Part shown: in pieces, positions 37,753-46,983 of the stretch
Position numbering within the stretch: position 1 is the stretch's first letter
Layout: every line of letters starts with the position of its first letter
Assembly (NCBI GenBank): GCA_031364845.1
Contig: JANLWX010000075.1
Location: 7,687-71,686 of the forward strand
Length of the DNA stretch: 64,000 bases
From: Candidatus Eiseniibacteriota bacterium
GTDB taxonomy: Bacteria; Eisenbacteria; RBG-16-71-46
Direction of reading: 5' to 3'
Made by a program: the position numbers and the translations under genes
Notes under the pieces: generated by a model
Told to the model about the DNA's origin: nothing
Seen by the model: only the letters and a program-made list of their open reading frames with translations
Database searches by the model: none

Positions 37753-38610
37753 ATGCCGTATCGCCGCAGTCTGCTGCTGGTTCTCATGGGGCTCGCGCTC
37801 TGCGCGCCGGCCACCGTGTCCGCCGCGCGCAAGGCCGTGCTTCCCGCCGACATTCGACCCGCGCGACACCTCGATGGAACGATCGCCGTCGGACCCGAGC
37901 TCACGGCCGGCGGAACATGCGGTCTCGGCGGACTCTTCCAGCCGTTCGACATTCTCGAGGACTACTTCTTTCCGCCCGGCGACCAGTACTTCACGCTGCT
38001 CGACCCCGCGACCTGCACCGAGTGCGCGACCACCGGCACGATGACCGTGGACCAGGTCCACGTCTCGATCGACTTCCGCACGGCGTGCTCGCAGCCGGTC
38101 ATGATCTCGATCGTCGAGTCGACCGCCGGCGGATGCCCCGCGCCCGATCTGGCGAAGGTGCTCATGTCGCCGACGCAGTACATGCTGGACGGCCCGGGAC
38201 CCGGCACGTTCCAGTTCGATCTCAACCTGGCGAGCCCGATCTGTCTGCGCGGAAAAGCATTCCTCAACGTGACCGTCGATGAATTCGGCAGCGCCTGCAA
38301 CGTCGAAGAGTTTTCGACGCCCTCGCTCGCATTCGCGGACACGATGGAGTGCCAGCCGTGCCGCTACTACAACTACTACCAGGACGGCCTGGACCTCGTG
38401 AAGGATCAGCTGTGCCAGTCCGTCGGCCACTGGACGCCGGGCCCGCTGCTGCACTCGGTGAGCGGTTCCTGCTGCGATCTGATCCCGGTCATGCCGGGTT
38501 CGTGGGGACAGCTGAAGATCCGCTACGCCACCCCGCGCCGCCGTCGTCGCCGGATCTCGGCCGCCGTGCGCGGACGAAGAGTCCGGGCACAGGGGCCGCA
38601 ACGCTCCTGA
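37753..38610 (+). CDS. Secreted Cys-rich protein with SWGxLKxxY C-terminal motif
   Basis: Signal peptide; 12 Cys in the mature part; PGSWGQLKIRY near the C-terminus. Confidence 0.75.
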   Translation: MPYRRSLLLVLMGLALCAPATVSAARKAVLPADIRPARHLDGTIAVGPELTAGGTCGLGGLFQPFDILEDYFFPPGDQYFTLLDPATCTECATTGTMTVDQVHVSIDFRTACSQPVMISIVESTAGGCPAPDLAKVLMSPTQYMLDGPGPGTFQFDLNLASPICLRGKAFLNVTVDEFGSACNVEEFSTPSLAFADTMECQPCRYYNYYQDGLDLVKDQLCQSVGHWTPGPLLHSVSGSCCDLIPVMPGSWGQLKIRYATPRRRRRRISAAVRGRRVRAQGPQRS

Positions 38611-38651
38611 ACGAACGAACGTGGAGCGAAGGCCTACGCTACGGAGGTTCC

Positions 38652-38900
38652 ATGGAGTTCCTGCCCAGTGTCACGCGGGCCGACTATCGCGGGGAATATC
38701 GCATTCATCTGACGTTCAACGACGGCACAGAGCGGACGATCGACTTCGGCCGGTGGCTCGATGGACCGGTATTCGAACCCTTGAAGGACGCGGAGTATTT
38801 CCAGCGCTTCTTTCTCGATGGGGGAACGGTGGCGTGGCCCAACGGCGCCGATATCGCTCCTGAGACTCTCTACGCGCACGCCAAGAGCGAGGCAGCGTAA
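38652..38900 (+). CDS. DUF2442 domain protein
   Basis: GGAGG RBS; YRIHLTFNDG..IDF..GPVFEPLKD..F..TVAWPNGADIAPETLY. Confidence 0.88.
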   Translation: MEFLPSVTRADYRGEYRIHLTFNDGTERTIDFGRWLDGPVFEPLKDAEYFQRFFLDGGTVAWPNGADIAPETLYAHAKSEAA

Positions 38901-38913
38901 TCCGAAGCCCCCG

Positions 38914-40377
38914 CTACGGCGTGAGCAGCACGCGCGTCGCGTGCCATGCGTCGCCGATGCGTAACCGCGCGAAGTAGAGTCCGTTCGCGCATGCGCGTCC
39001 CGCATCGTCGCGGCGATCCCAGCCGACGTCGTGCTCGCCGGCGCCGAGCGTGCCCGTGACGAGGGTGCGCACCTTGCGGCCGGCCAGATCGTAGATCTGA
39101 ACCGTCACACGTCCGGTCGCCGGCACCACGAACCGCACGGTGCAGTTCTCCCGCGCGGGATTGGGCGTGATCGAAGGCGGCGCCACGTGCTGCGCGCCTT
39201 CGATGCCTTCGATCACACCGTCCTGCTCGTCCGGAATCCACGCCATCGGGTCGGGGATCGGATTCGGGCGTCCCGCGAGCGCGCTCGAGAGCGACCAGAA
39301 GATCAGGCTGATGTTCACGACCGAAGTGTCGGCCGTCGTCCACACGTAGTACGGATCCTCGGGCGGCGGCCAGAAGTCCCACTTGTCGGCATAGGTGCCG
39401 CGCGTTTCGATCGAACCGAGGAAGCGCATCACGTGGTCGTAGCGCGGGCTCTGCAGGTGATCGAAGACCAGCGCGTTGTATCCGAGTTCGTTCGTGAACG
39501 CGCGCGTGTCGTAGTCGAAGTCGCAGCCGCTCGCGATGCTGTAGTAATAGCGCATGCATCCCTGGTAGTCGTCGCACGGTTCTTCGTAACGCGTCACACC
39601 GTCGCTGCCGACGCGCGCTTCGAGGAACGCGCCCATCGCGGCGAGCATTGGATCGATCACAGGATCCGGGACCAGACGGCGGATCAGGATCAGCTCGTTC
39701 GACATCCATCCGGTGTAGTGGATGTCGGTCGAAGACGGACACCAGTGGGGGAAGCTGCCGTCAGGATGCTGGTACTGCGGCACGTTGGAGAGGATCTCGT
39801 GCGTCAGGCTCTCCGACTGCGTGTTGCCCGTCACGCGGAAGTGCTTGGCGAACGCCATCGCCGCCATCAGGCCGCCGTTGAGGATGTACTCTGAGTGCGA
39901 CATCGCCTTCAGCTCGTCGACGATCGCATTGCCGATCGCGAGATAACGCGAATCGCCGGTCGCTTCGTATGCCTCGAGGAACGCATACCCCAGCATGCCG
40001 TCGAACACCGAGTGCGAACGATATTCCGCCGAGTGTTCGAGCAGGAAGTCTGCGCGCTCGACGATGTCGCGGCGAATGCGCCGTAGCGGGGACACGCGAT
40101 AGAGCTCGGTGTAGCCGAGCAGTTGCGGAACCACTGACAGCCGCGCGGCCTCGGTCGCGTTGATCACGACGCGCCAGTCGAGCACGATTCCGTTCACTTC
40201 GCTGTGCTGGAAGAACTGATCCATGCGCCGCAGCGCGGGGATCAGCGGATCACAAGTCGCAGGCGGATTGCAGGGATCGCCCGCGAGTGCGATCGAGGGG
40301 GCACACATCACACACACCACGATGGCGATCCACGCTGTGACGACGCGGCGGATGACCGTGGGACACATGTGTCGCAT
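38914..40377 (-). CDS. Secreted alpha/alpha-barrel-like protein with FlgD-Ig C-terminal domain
   Basis: Signal peptide; AFLEAYEATGDSRYL and QYQHPDGSF helical-toroid motifs; C-terminal PNP..IYDLAGRKVR..WDRRDDAG..GLYFARL. Confidence 0.7.
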   Translation of the reverse strand: MRHMCPTVIRRVVTAWIAIVVCVMCAPSIALAGDPCNPPATCDPLIPALRRMDQFFQHSEVNGIVLDWRVVINATEAARLSVVPQLLGYTELYRVSPLRRIRRDIVERADFLLEHSAEYRSHSVFDGMLGYAFLEAYEATGDSRYLAIGNAIVDELKAMSHSEYILNGGLMAAMAFAKHFRVTGNTQSESLTHEILSNVPQYQHPDGSFPHWCPSSTDIHYTGWMSNELILIRRLVPDPVIDPMLAAMGAFLEARVGSDGVTRYEEPCDDYQGCMRYYYSIASGCDFDYDTRAFTNELGYNALVFDHLQSPRYDHVMRFLGSIETRGTYADKWDFWPPPEDPYYVWTTADTSVVNISLIFWSLSSALAGRPNPIPDPMAWIPDEQDGVIEGIEGAQHVAPPSITPNPARENCTVRFVVPATGRVTVQIYDLAGRKVRTLVTGTLGAGEHDVGWDRRDDAGRACANGLYFARLRIGDAWHATRVLLTP

Positions 40378-40412
40378 CGCTGAACCTCCGCACGGGCGAG
40401 GTAGATCCCTGT

Positions 40413-40898
40413 TCACACAACTCGTCGCGTGGGCGCCTTTCGATCCCGCACCGTGAGCGTCACATCGCAATCGAGGACCTGGAGCAGCAGCAGCAACTGA
40501 TCCACCGACTTTCGGTAATTCGTCTGATCCAGCAGACGATAGAGCTGAGGTGCCGAAGTGCCGAGCCGGCGAATGATCTCTCGCTTGGAGAGCGGGCTCT
40601 TCTTGGTCCGCTTTTGAGCCTCTACCGTAAGGCGATACAGCAAAGTATCTCTCAGGTAGCTGGGGTCCCGATTGTACTCGAGGACCTGATCCATGTGGAC
40701 GGTTCCATGTTCCCCCGAGTCGAGAACATACGTGAAACCCTCGCGCGCCAGATCGCGGTCGACGAAGACCCGAGCGATCCGCTCGGCAGCACCGACGCCA
40801 GCCGCGGTCTTGGAATAAGGGATCGCGTAGGTCGCCTTCGAAGTCTTCACTTCGAATGCCTTCTTGCGGTTGTTGTGTATCACCGACCGGATTTTCAA
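40413..40898 (-). CDS. Putative antitoxin with C-terminal helix-turn-helix
   Basis: LSKREIIRRLGTSAPQLYRLLD HTH; TTG start overlaps the stop of the upstream toxin-like gene (TTGA). Confidence 0.75.
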   Translation of the reverse strand: MKIRSVIHNNRKKAFEVKTSKATYAIPYSKTAAGVGAAERIARVFVDRDLAREGFTYVLDSGEHGTVHMDQVLEYNRDPSYLRDTLLYRLTVEAQKRTKKSPLSKREIIRRLGTSAPQLYRLLDQTNYRKSVDQLLLLLQVLDCDVTLTVRDRKAPTRRVV

Positions 40899-41087
40899 AG
40901 CAGTCCCTCGGATTCGAGTGTCTCGATCAATTCGAGGATGCGCGCCGTTGGCTGCCCCGCATCGGCATGCCGTTCTCCAGATCCCACTTCAGGACGAGCC
41001 GCTCATTGCGATAGACGTGTACGTGTCGGGGCGCGTGATCGCTCATCCACGTGCGAAGACAAAGCCCCCTCGCCGCGTCTTACCCAT
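40895..41087 (-). pseudogene. DUF4160-like (HicA-like) toxin gene with two frameshifts
   Basis: Restoring two missing bases gives MGKTRRGGFVF/TWMSDHAPRHVHVYRNERLVLKWDLENGMPMRG/PTARILELIETLESEGLL*, containing the DH.P.HVHV motif. Confidence 0.75.
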
Positions 41088-41094
41088 GAACTAA

Positions 41095-41124
41095 ACGTTA
41101 CCGCTCATGAAAACGCTTTGTCAA
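41095..41124 (-). promoter_or_regulatory. Sigma70-like promoter, probably giving a leaderless TA transcript
   Basis: TTGACA-18 nt-TAACGT, with the -10 element 7 nt before ATG 41087. Confidence 0.6.
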
Positions 41125-41318
41125 GCAAGACGCTCGTTCCGGCCGTAAGAATGGTCAGGCCGATCGCGATCGCGCCGCGACCCCACCGCCAGGGGACGAG
41201 CATTCACAACGCCACGAGCATCAGCAGCGCAGCGGTCGCGGCCCGCGGCGAGTAGCCCGATGAGAATGCCCACCAACCGAAGCGCGTCAGCCCAGGCCAC
41301 GTCGCGGTCGCCAATCAC
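41121..41318 (-). pseudogene. Possible degraded membrane-protein remnant
   Basis: Hydrophobic stretches spread over different frames (LVGILIGLLAA / AATAALLMLVAL* / VPWRWGRGAIAIGLTIL). Confidence 0.3.
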
Positions 41319-41484
41319 GACATCGTGCCCCTGTTCGAGTACCTTGCCTGCAATCTACTGACCGACCGAACGGGTGCCGAGACTCCCGACCCTCACAGAG
41401 CGCCTCCCAGATGGGCCGGTCCTTGAGTTGGGTCAGACCACGCGCGGAGAGCATCGGCCCTGAGGAGACAATGAGCCAACCCAA

Positions 41485-42324
41485 GTGAATGGTCCGCACC
41501 GGCTCGCGACCTTCTTCGCGCTCGCCTTCGGCATTTCGTGGTTGATCTGGACACCGCTGTGGCTCCCGGCCTTCGGCGTGAACGGGCTGCCGAAGCTTCC
41601 CTTCCAGCATGCCCTCGGAGCGTTGGGGCCGATCGTCGCGGCCTTCGTACTATCCTCAGCGCAATCCGGCCCGGCGGGGCCGCGCGATCTCTTGCGCCGG
41701 ATGGTCCTGTGGCGCGGGCGGCTCGTGTGGGTGGCGGTTGCGCTCTTTGCCCCGGCAGCAATCCTCGCGCTTGCCGTGGCCGGAGCACGGTTGCTCGGTG
41801 AGAAGCAGGTGTCGCTGACCGGCTTCGGCAGGTCGCGCGAGTTCCCACAGTTCTCGGCTCTCGGATTTCTCGCCTACAACATCGTCTCGTTCGGATTTGG
41901 TGAAGAGGTGGGATGGCGAGGTTTCGCGCTTCCTCGACTTCAGTCGCGGCACTCTGCTCTGGTCTCATCGCTTCTGCTGACGTCAGGTTGGGCGCTCTGG
42001 CACGCGCCGCTCTTCCTCTATCGGCCCGGCTATGTTGGGATGAGCGTGTGGGGAATTGCCGGTTGGCTGTTCAGCCTGGCAACAGGAGCGTTGCTGCTCA
42101 CGTGGCTGTACAACGAGAGCCGAGGAAGCCTCCTGGTTGTGGCGCTCTTCCACGCCGCGATCGATGTCGTGTTCACGCTGGACATTTCCACGCCAGGCGT
42201 CGTCAACATCGCGGGAATGCTCATCACTCTGTGGGGAATCATTGTCCTGCTGGTTGCGCGGCCGAGAAATCTGTCGAAACGAGGCAATAGGATCATCGGG
42301 CCAATCCCAGAATCTCGAGAATGA
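41485..42324 (+). CDS. CPBP/Abi (CAAX type II) intramembrane metalloprotease
   Basis: GEEVGWRGFALP, WALWHAP, WLYNESRGS, HAAID. Confidence 0.92.
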   Translation: MNGPHRLATFFALAFGISWLIWTPLWLPAFGVNGLPKLPFQHALGALGPIVAAFVLSSAQSGPAGPRDLLRRMVLWRGRLVWVAVALFAPAAILALAVAGARLLGEKQVSLTGFGRSREFPQFSALGFLAYNIVSFGFGEEVGWRGFALPRLQSRHSALVSSLLLTSGWALWHAPLFLYRPGYVGMSVWGIAGWLFSLATGALLLTWLYNESRGSLLVVALFHAAIDVVFTLDISTPGVVNIAGMLITLWGIIVLLVARPRNLSKRGNRIIGPIPESRE

Positions 42325-43172
42325 CCCTGCCGCTCATCGTTGTAGGTGTCGCCGTCGTCGCAGCTCTCGTCGTTCTCTGCGGAGAACTCCACTGGAGAGC
42401 GAGCACGCGAGCTCTGCGTGACCGGCTCGAAGCGGCCAGACTTCCAACAGGGCCCAGAGTTTTCGACAGGGGTGGACTCGAAGGACTGCCGGCCCCGGTT
42501 CAGCGATATTTTCGTGCCGTCCTGCAGCAAGGACAGCCCATCGTGGCAGCCGTCAGCGTGAGGCACACCGGGACCTTCAACACGGGCAACACGACCGAGC
42601 AGTGGAGGGCGTTCACCTCCACCCAGCGCGTGATCACGCATCGCGCGGGCTTTGACTGGGACGCGCGCGTCGCGATGGTGCCGGGCGCAGCGGTGCTCGT
42701 CCACGACGCCTACGTTGCGGGCGAGGGCCTTCTGCATGTGGCGCTGTTCGGACTATTGCCCCTGGTTCATCTGCGCGGCACGGGCGAGGTGGCGCAGGGT
42801 CAGATGCTGCGATATTTCGCCGAAGGCGCCTGGTACCCCACGGCCCTGCTGCCGAGCCATGGGGTGCACTGGGAAGCGGTGGATGAACATTCCGCGCGCG
42901 CGACGCTGAAGGATGGCGACGTTTCGTCGACGCTTCTCTTCCGATTCGATGCACAGGGGCTGATCGCCACGGTGGACGCGGAAGCGCGCGGACGAACCGT
43001 GGGCGGCACCGTTGTTCCTACACCCTGGCATGGGCGGTTTTGGAACTACGTGATTCGAGACGGCATGCGCGTCCCCCTGGACGGTGAAGTTGCCTGGCTG
43101 CTGCCTGAAGGGGCGAAGCCCTACTGGCGCGGGCACATCACCGAGATCCATTACGAGTTCGCACACGACTGA
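42321..43172 (+). CDS. DUF6544/DUF6920-like protein
   Basis: N-terminal TM; LPAPVQRYF, GF.WDA, D.Y..GEG, LRYFAE..WYPTALL, G.RVP..GEV.W. Confidence 0.75.
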   Translation: MTLPLIVVGVAVVAALVVLCGELHWRASTRALRDRLEAARLPTGPRVFDRGGLEGLPAPVQRYFRAVLQQGQPIVAAVSVRHTGTFNTGNTTEQWRAFTSTQRVITHRAGFDWDARVAMVPGAAVLVHDAYVAGEGLLHVALFGLLPLVHLRGTGEVAQGQMLRYFAEGAWYPTALLPSHGVHWEAVDEHSARATLKDGDVSSTLLFRFDAQGLIATVDAEARGRTVGGTVVPTPWHGRFWNYVIRDGMRVPLDGEVAWLLPEGAKPYWRGHITEIHYEFAHD

Positions 43173-43250
43173 GGCGCGCTGCCGAGGCCCGTCGTGCACA
43201 TCGCAACTCAAGCCCCGCCCAGCACCCGCCGATAACGACCGGGTACCGTC

Positions 43251-44111
43251 ATGCTCCGACGCCCCGGTTTGTTCCTGCCCGCCCTCGCGGTTCTTGTGCT
43301 CGCGCTCGGTCTCATCGAGCTGCGCGGCGTCGGTGCGCCTCCGACGCCGCTCCATCGCGCGTTCGGCCATGGACCAACGATCGTGCTGGTCCATGGGCTC
43401 GGCAGCCGCGCCGAGCACTGGCTGCCGGTCGCCCGCAAGCTCGCGCGCGAGTATCGCGTCGTGCTGGTCGAGTTGCCGGGTCATGGTTCGAGCGACATGC
43501 CCGAACCGTTTTCCCTCGAGCGCGCGACGCAGTCCTTGGTGCAGGCGCTGGAGGCGGATTCGCGCGGCCCGGTGATCCTGGTCGGGCATTCGGTGGGTGG
43601 CCTGGTCGCGGTTTCGGCGGCCCTCGCTCAGCCGCAGCGCGTGCGCGGGCTGGTGCTGGTCGAGACATTGCTCGAGCCGCAGGTCGGCGGCACGGAACGC
43701 GACGCGATGCTGCAGGCGCTCAACGACGACTATCAGGGTCTGCTGCGCTCGGCGTTCACCGCGTTCGGGCGCGATTCGGCGCAGGGGCTCGAACTCTATC
43801 GCGAGGCCGCGCAGGTCGACTCGGTCAATCTCAAACGCTGGATTCGCCTCGCACTCACCGCCGATCTCGCGGAGCCCGCGCGCAAGCTCGCGATGCCGGT
43901 GCTCGCAGTGCTGGCGCCGCATTCGTGGCCGCCGAGCGAGGCGTGGCCGGTCACGGCAGCGGCGATGGGTTACGCGGGGATCCCCGATGTGCATCCGGTG
44001 CGCATCACCGACTGCGGGCACTTCATCATGCTCGATCGCCCGAACGAACTGGCGCGTGTGATCGCGCGCTTCGCCGCCCATCCGCAGGGCGAGCCGATCG
44101 CGCGCAACTGA
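43251..44111 (+). CDS. Alpha/beta hydrolase
   Basis: VLVHGL, LPGHG, GHSVGG nucleophile elbow, GHFIM. Confidence 0.9.
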   Translation: MLRRPGLFLPALAVLVLALGLIELRGVGAPPTPLHRAFGHGPTIVLVHGLGSRAEHWLPVARKLAREYRVVLVELPGHGSSDMPEPFSLERATQSLVQALEADSRGPVILVGHSVGGLVAVSAALAQPQRVRGLVLVETLLEPQVGGTERDAMLQALNDDYQGLLRSAFTAFGRDSAQGLELYREAAQVDSVNLKRWIRLALTADLAEPARKLAMPVLAVLAPHSWPPSEAWPVTAAAMGYAGIPDVHPVRITDCGHFIMLDRPNELARVIARFAAHPQGEPIARN

Positions 44112-44120
44112 CGTCGCGCG

Positions 44121-44678
44121 CTACTGAGCGCTGTCGGGCGACGCCGGCCGATTGACCGCCGCCAGAGCCTGCGTCAATTCCTCCAGCATGCCTTCACGAC
44201 CGCCGTATCCGGTCATCGACTCATGCCGCCCGGTCGCCGGGGAATAGACGACGATCGTCGGGAACGCATCGATCTTGAAGCGATCCTGGAGCGTCTGCAC
44301 TTCGGGAACGTTCTGGCCGTCCTCGTGCGTGCGATCCACGATGCGCACCGGCACGAACCGCGTGTTGATCTGGTCGGCGGCTTTCGCGTCGGCGAAGACT
44401 TCGGCCGACATCAGCTTGCAGGGGCCGCACCATTCGGCGCTGAAGTCGTAGAGAATCGGCTTGTTCAGCGCGCGCGACGCCGACTCGGCGATCGCCAGCG
44501 GCTGCCATTGCACCAACTCCTTACCGGCCGCCTGCCCCGGCCGCTCGACCGGCGCGGACGGATGCTGATCTTCCCAGATGCCGGTCCCGACCCGCGCGAT
44601 CAGCAGCGCGCCCGCGGCGATCATCAAGATTCGCGGCCACGGGCGGCTCGATCCGGTGGCGTCACGATGAGGAGGCAT
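44121..44678 (-). CDS. Membrane-anchored thioredoxin-family protein
   Basis: N-terminal TM; KPILYDFSAEWCGPC and FPT. Confidence 0.88.
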   Translation of the reverse strand: MPPHRDATGSSRPWPRILMIAAGALLIARVGTGIWEDQHPSAPVERPGQAAGKELVQWQPLAIAESASRALNKPILYDFSAEWCGPCKLMSAEVFADAKAADQINTRFVPVRIVDRTHEDGQNVPEVQTLQDRFKIDAFPTIVVYSPATGRHESMTGYGGREGMLEELTQALAAVNRPASPDSAQ

Positions 44679-45372
44679 ACGACAGCTCCTTGCGATTGAC
44701 GAGCACGATCGCGAGCGCGATCGAGATCGTGACCGTCGACAGATAGGTGATCAGATGATGCCACGACGGATGACCGTTCAGGACCAGCACGAAGTGCAGC
44801 GTCGGATTGAGAAAGCCCTGCAGCTCGACGCCGATGCGCGAGATGAACGCGTGCCCGAGACCACCGCCGGCGGCCTGAAGGATTCCCGCGGAGGTGTAGA
44901 GCAGGAACAGGAGTCCGATGTCGCCGAGTCCGGCGACCAGCGCCGACAACAGCAGCAGCGGAGCGGTCGCGCCGAATGCGGAGGCAACATGGTCGGCCAG
45001 CGTGATCGCGACGGCTTCGGCACCGGGTGCGGCACCGCGCGCGGACAGGATCAACGTCGCGAGCCCAACCTGGAACACCGCGGCCGCGGCGGCACCGATC
45101 GAAGCGCCGAGCCAGCGGCTGATCACATAGACGTCGCGCCGCACCGGACGCGCGAACAGCAACTGCAGCACGCCCGAGGAGACATCCTGTCCGATCATGC
45201 CGGCGCCGAAGATGAGCGCGAACTGAAAGCTGTCGGCGATCGGCGCGAACCCCATCGCGGGTGCGGCGGCGATGAACAGCAGCGGAAAGAAGCCCGCGAC
45301 GATCAGGAACGCGAGCCGGATCGGCGTGGTCATCCGATGCCGCAGGAACGCGACGATCAGCGTGCCGTTCAC
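44662..45372 (-). CDS. ABC-2-type transporter permease
   Basis: About 6 TM; IGQDVSSGVLQLLFARPVRR; GTG overlaps the ATPase stop. Confidence 0.85.
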   Translation of the reverse strand: MNGTLIVAFLRHRMTTPIRLAFLIVAGFFPLLFIAAAPAMGFAPIADSFQFALIFGAGMIGQDVSSGVLQLLFARPVRRDVYVISRWLGASIGAAAAAVFQVGLATLILSARGAAPGAEAVAITLADHVASAFGATAPLLLLSALVAGLGDIGLLFLLYTSAGILQAAGGGLGHAFISRIGVELQGFLNPTLHFVLVLNGHPSWHHLITYLSTVTISIALAIVLVNRKELSYASSS

Positions 45373-46319
45373 GCGCCCGCTCCGGGCCGCCGGGGTTCGC
45401 TGAACAACCGTTCGAGCCGGCTCTCTTCGGGTGTGGCTTCGGCGACCGTGATGCCGGCGGTGACGAGACTGTTGAGCAGCCGCGCCGAGGTCGCGTCGTC
45501 GGCCGCCTCGAAGCGCGCGTCGCTCGGACCGGCTTCGCGCAGCACCGCGCCGGAGTACGCGGCGTGCGCTCCGAGCTGTTCGGGTGTCGGTGCCGTGGCC
45601 GCGGTCCAGCGCACGCGCAGCACGCGCGTCGCGGTCGCTCCGGCGCTCATCGTCTCGATCGCCTGAACGTGGCCCTTGCTCACGTACGCGACGCGGTCGC
45701 ACACGCGCTCGACCTGATCGAGTTGGTGCGAGTTGAGCACCACCGTCGCCCCGCGCTGGCGCAGGTCGCCGATCAGCCGGCGGAACAGAATGACGCCCGC
45801 GGGATCGACGCCCGATGCCGGTTCGTCCAGGAACACGTAACGCGGTTCGCCGAGCAGCGCCTGCGCGAGTCCGATGCGCTGCAGCATGCCGCGCGAGTAG
45901 CGGCGGATCGCGCGCGAGCCGGCATCCGCGTCGAGCCCGACCCGCTCGAGCGCCGCTTCCACGTCCGACGTGCGCCGCTCGGCGGGCAGCTTCGCGAGCG
46001 CGTGATGGTAGGCGAGGAAGTCGCGGCCGTTCATCCACCGGTCCATCACAAGGCGCTCGGGGAGGTAGCCGGTCATTGCGCGCACCGCGAGATCGTCGGG
46101 GCCGTGGCCATCGATCGTCACGCGTCCACTGTCGGGCTTGAGAAAGCCGAGCAGACAGCCGAGGAACGTGGTCTTGCCCGCGCCGTTGGGCCCGATGATG
46201 CCGAACGCTTCGCCGGGCGCAATCGTGAGCGACACGCCGGCCAGCGCGCGAACCTGCTCGCCCGCGAGCCCGCGGCGATAGGTCTTCGACAGATCCTCGA
46301 CAACGATGCCTTTGCTCAT
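45369..46319 (-). CDS. ABC transporter ATP-binding protein
   Basis: GPNGAGKTT, YSRGMLQR, LDEP, NSH. Confidence 0.95.
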   Translation of the reverse strand: MSKGIVVEDLSKTYRRGLAGEQVRALAGVSLTIAPGEAFGIIGPNGAGKTTFLGCLLGFLKPDSGRVTIDGHGPDDLAVRAMTGYLPERLVMDRWMNGRDFLAYHHALAKLPAERRTSDVEAALERVGLDADAGSRAIRRYSRGMLQRIGLAQALLGEPRYVFLDEPASGVDPAGVILFRRLIGDLRQRGATVVLNSHQLDQVERVCDRVAYVSKGHVQAIETMSAGATATRVLRVRWTAATAPTPEQLGAHAAYSGAVLREAGPSDARFEAADDATSARLLNSLVTAGITVAEATPEESRLERLFSEPRRPGAGA

Positions 46320-46398
46320 GCGCGCGATCCTGACAGAGCACGCAGGCGGCGGCAACGCGCGGAGGGAAGGTGTGGCGCTCCGAATTCCTAGCTCATGG

Positions 46399-46983
46399 TT
46401 ATCGCGGCAGGCGTGAGATCCTCACGACACACTTGTCTTTCGCAGGCTTCCACGTCACCCACCAGCGAGAGGGAACCCCGGTCGTCACCGTGACCGAAGT
46501 CGTGTCCTGGCACTCGCTGAATCCGGTTCCGGTCCCGGTGACCGCAAGTGTGACGTGGCCGTCCGCGACCGGATCGAGGCGAAGCTCACACCCACCCTCG
46601 CGAAGAAGCCCCGGGGTTCCGGCCGAGTCCTGAATCGAGAAATAGTGACTTACGGGCATGGGCTCGGGATGCCCCGGCACGGTGTCGGCTGGTGAGAGTG
46701 TCGTGGTGTCCTCCGGTGCGTCCTCGTCCGGGATGCCATCCTCCGAACCGTACCCGTGCAAGCAACCAGGAATCTGCCGAATTGGCCGATCGACATTCCA
46801 GCCCGTTCGCCGCCCCTGGCGGTCGATTAGCACCGCCCCAACTCGAGCATCTCCAAACCCGAAGATGTTCACGAAAACTAGAGAGAACTTCCCCGGTGTA
46901 TTGGCCGGCGAGCTGGAGCGTGAAGCGCACGCCCCGAGACTCAGGACCACGAACGCGAGCGCCCACGGAACGGTTCGCCTCAA
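46399..46983 (-). CDS. Hypothetical lipoprotein
   Basis: TTG start overlaps the upstream stop; MRRTVPWALAFVVLSLGAC lipobox; shares LID..GRR..IPG motif with the upstream protein. Confidence 0.7.
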   Translation of the reverse strand: MRRTVPWALAFVVLSLGACASRSSSPANTPGKFSLVFVNIFGFGDARVGAVLIDRQGRRTGWNVDRPIRQIPGCLHGYGSEDGIPDEDAPEDTTTLSPADTVPGHPEPMPVSHYFSIQDSAGTPGLLREGGCELRLDPVADGHVTLAVTGTGTGFSECQDTTSVTVTTGVPSRWWVTWKPAKDKCVVRISRLPR

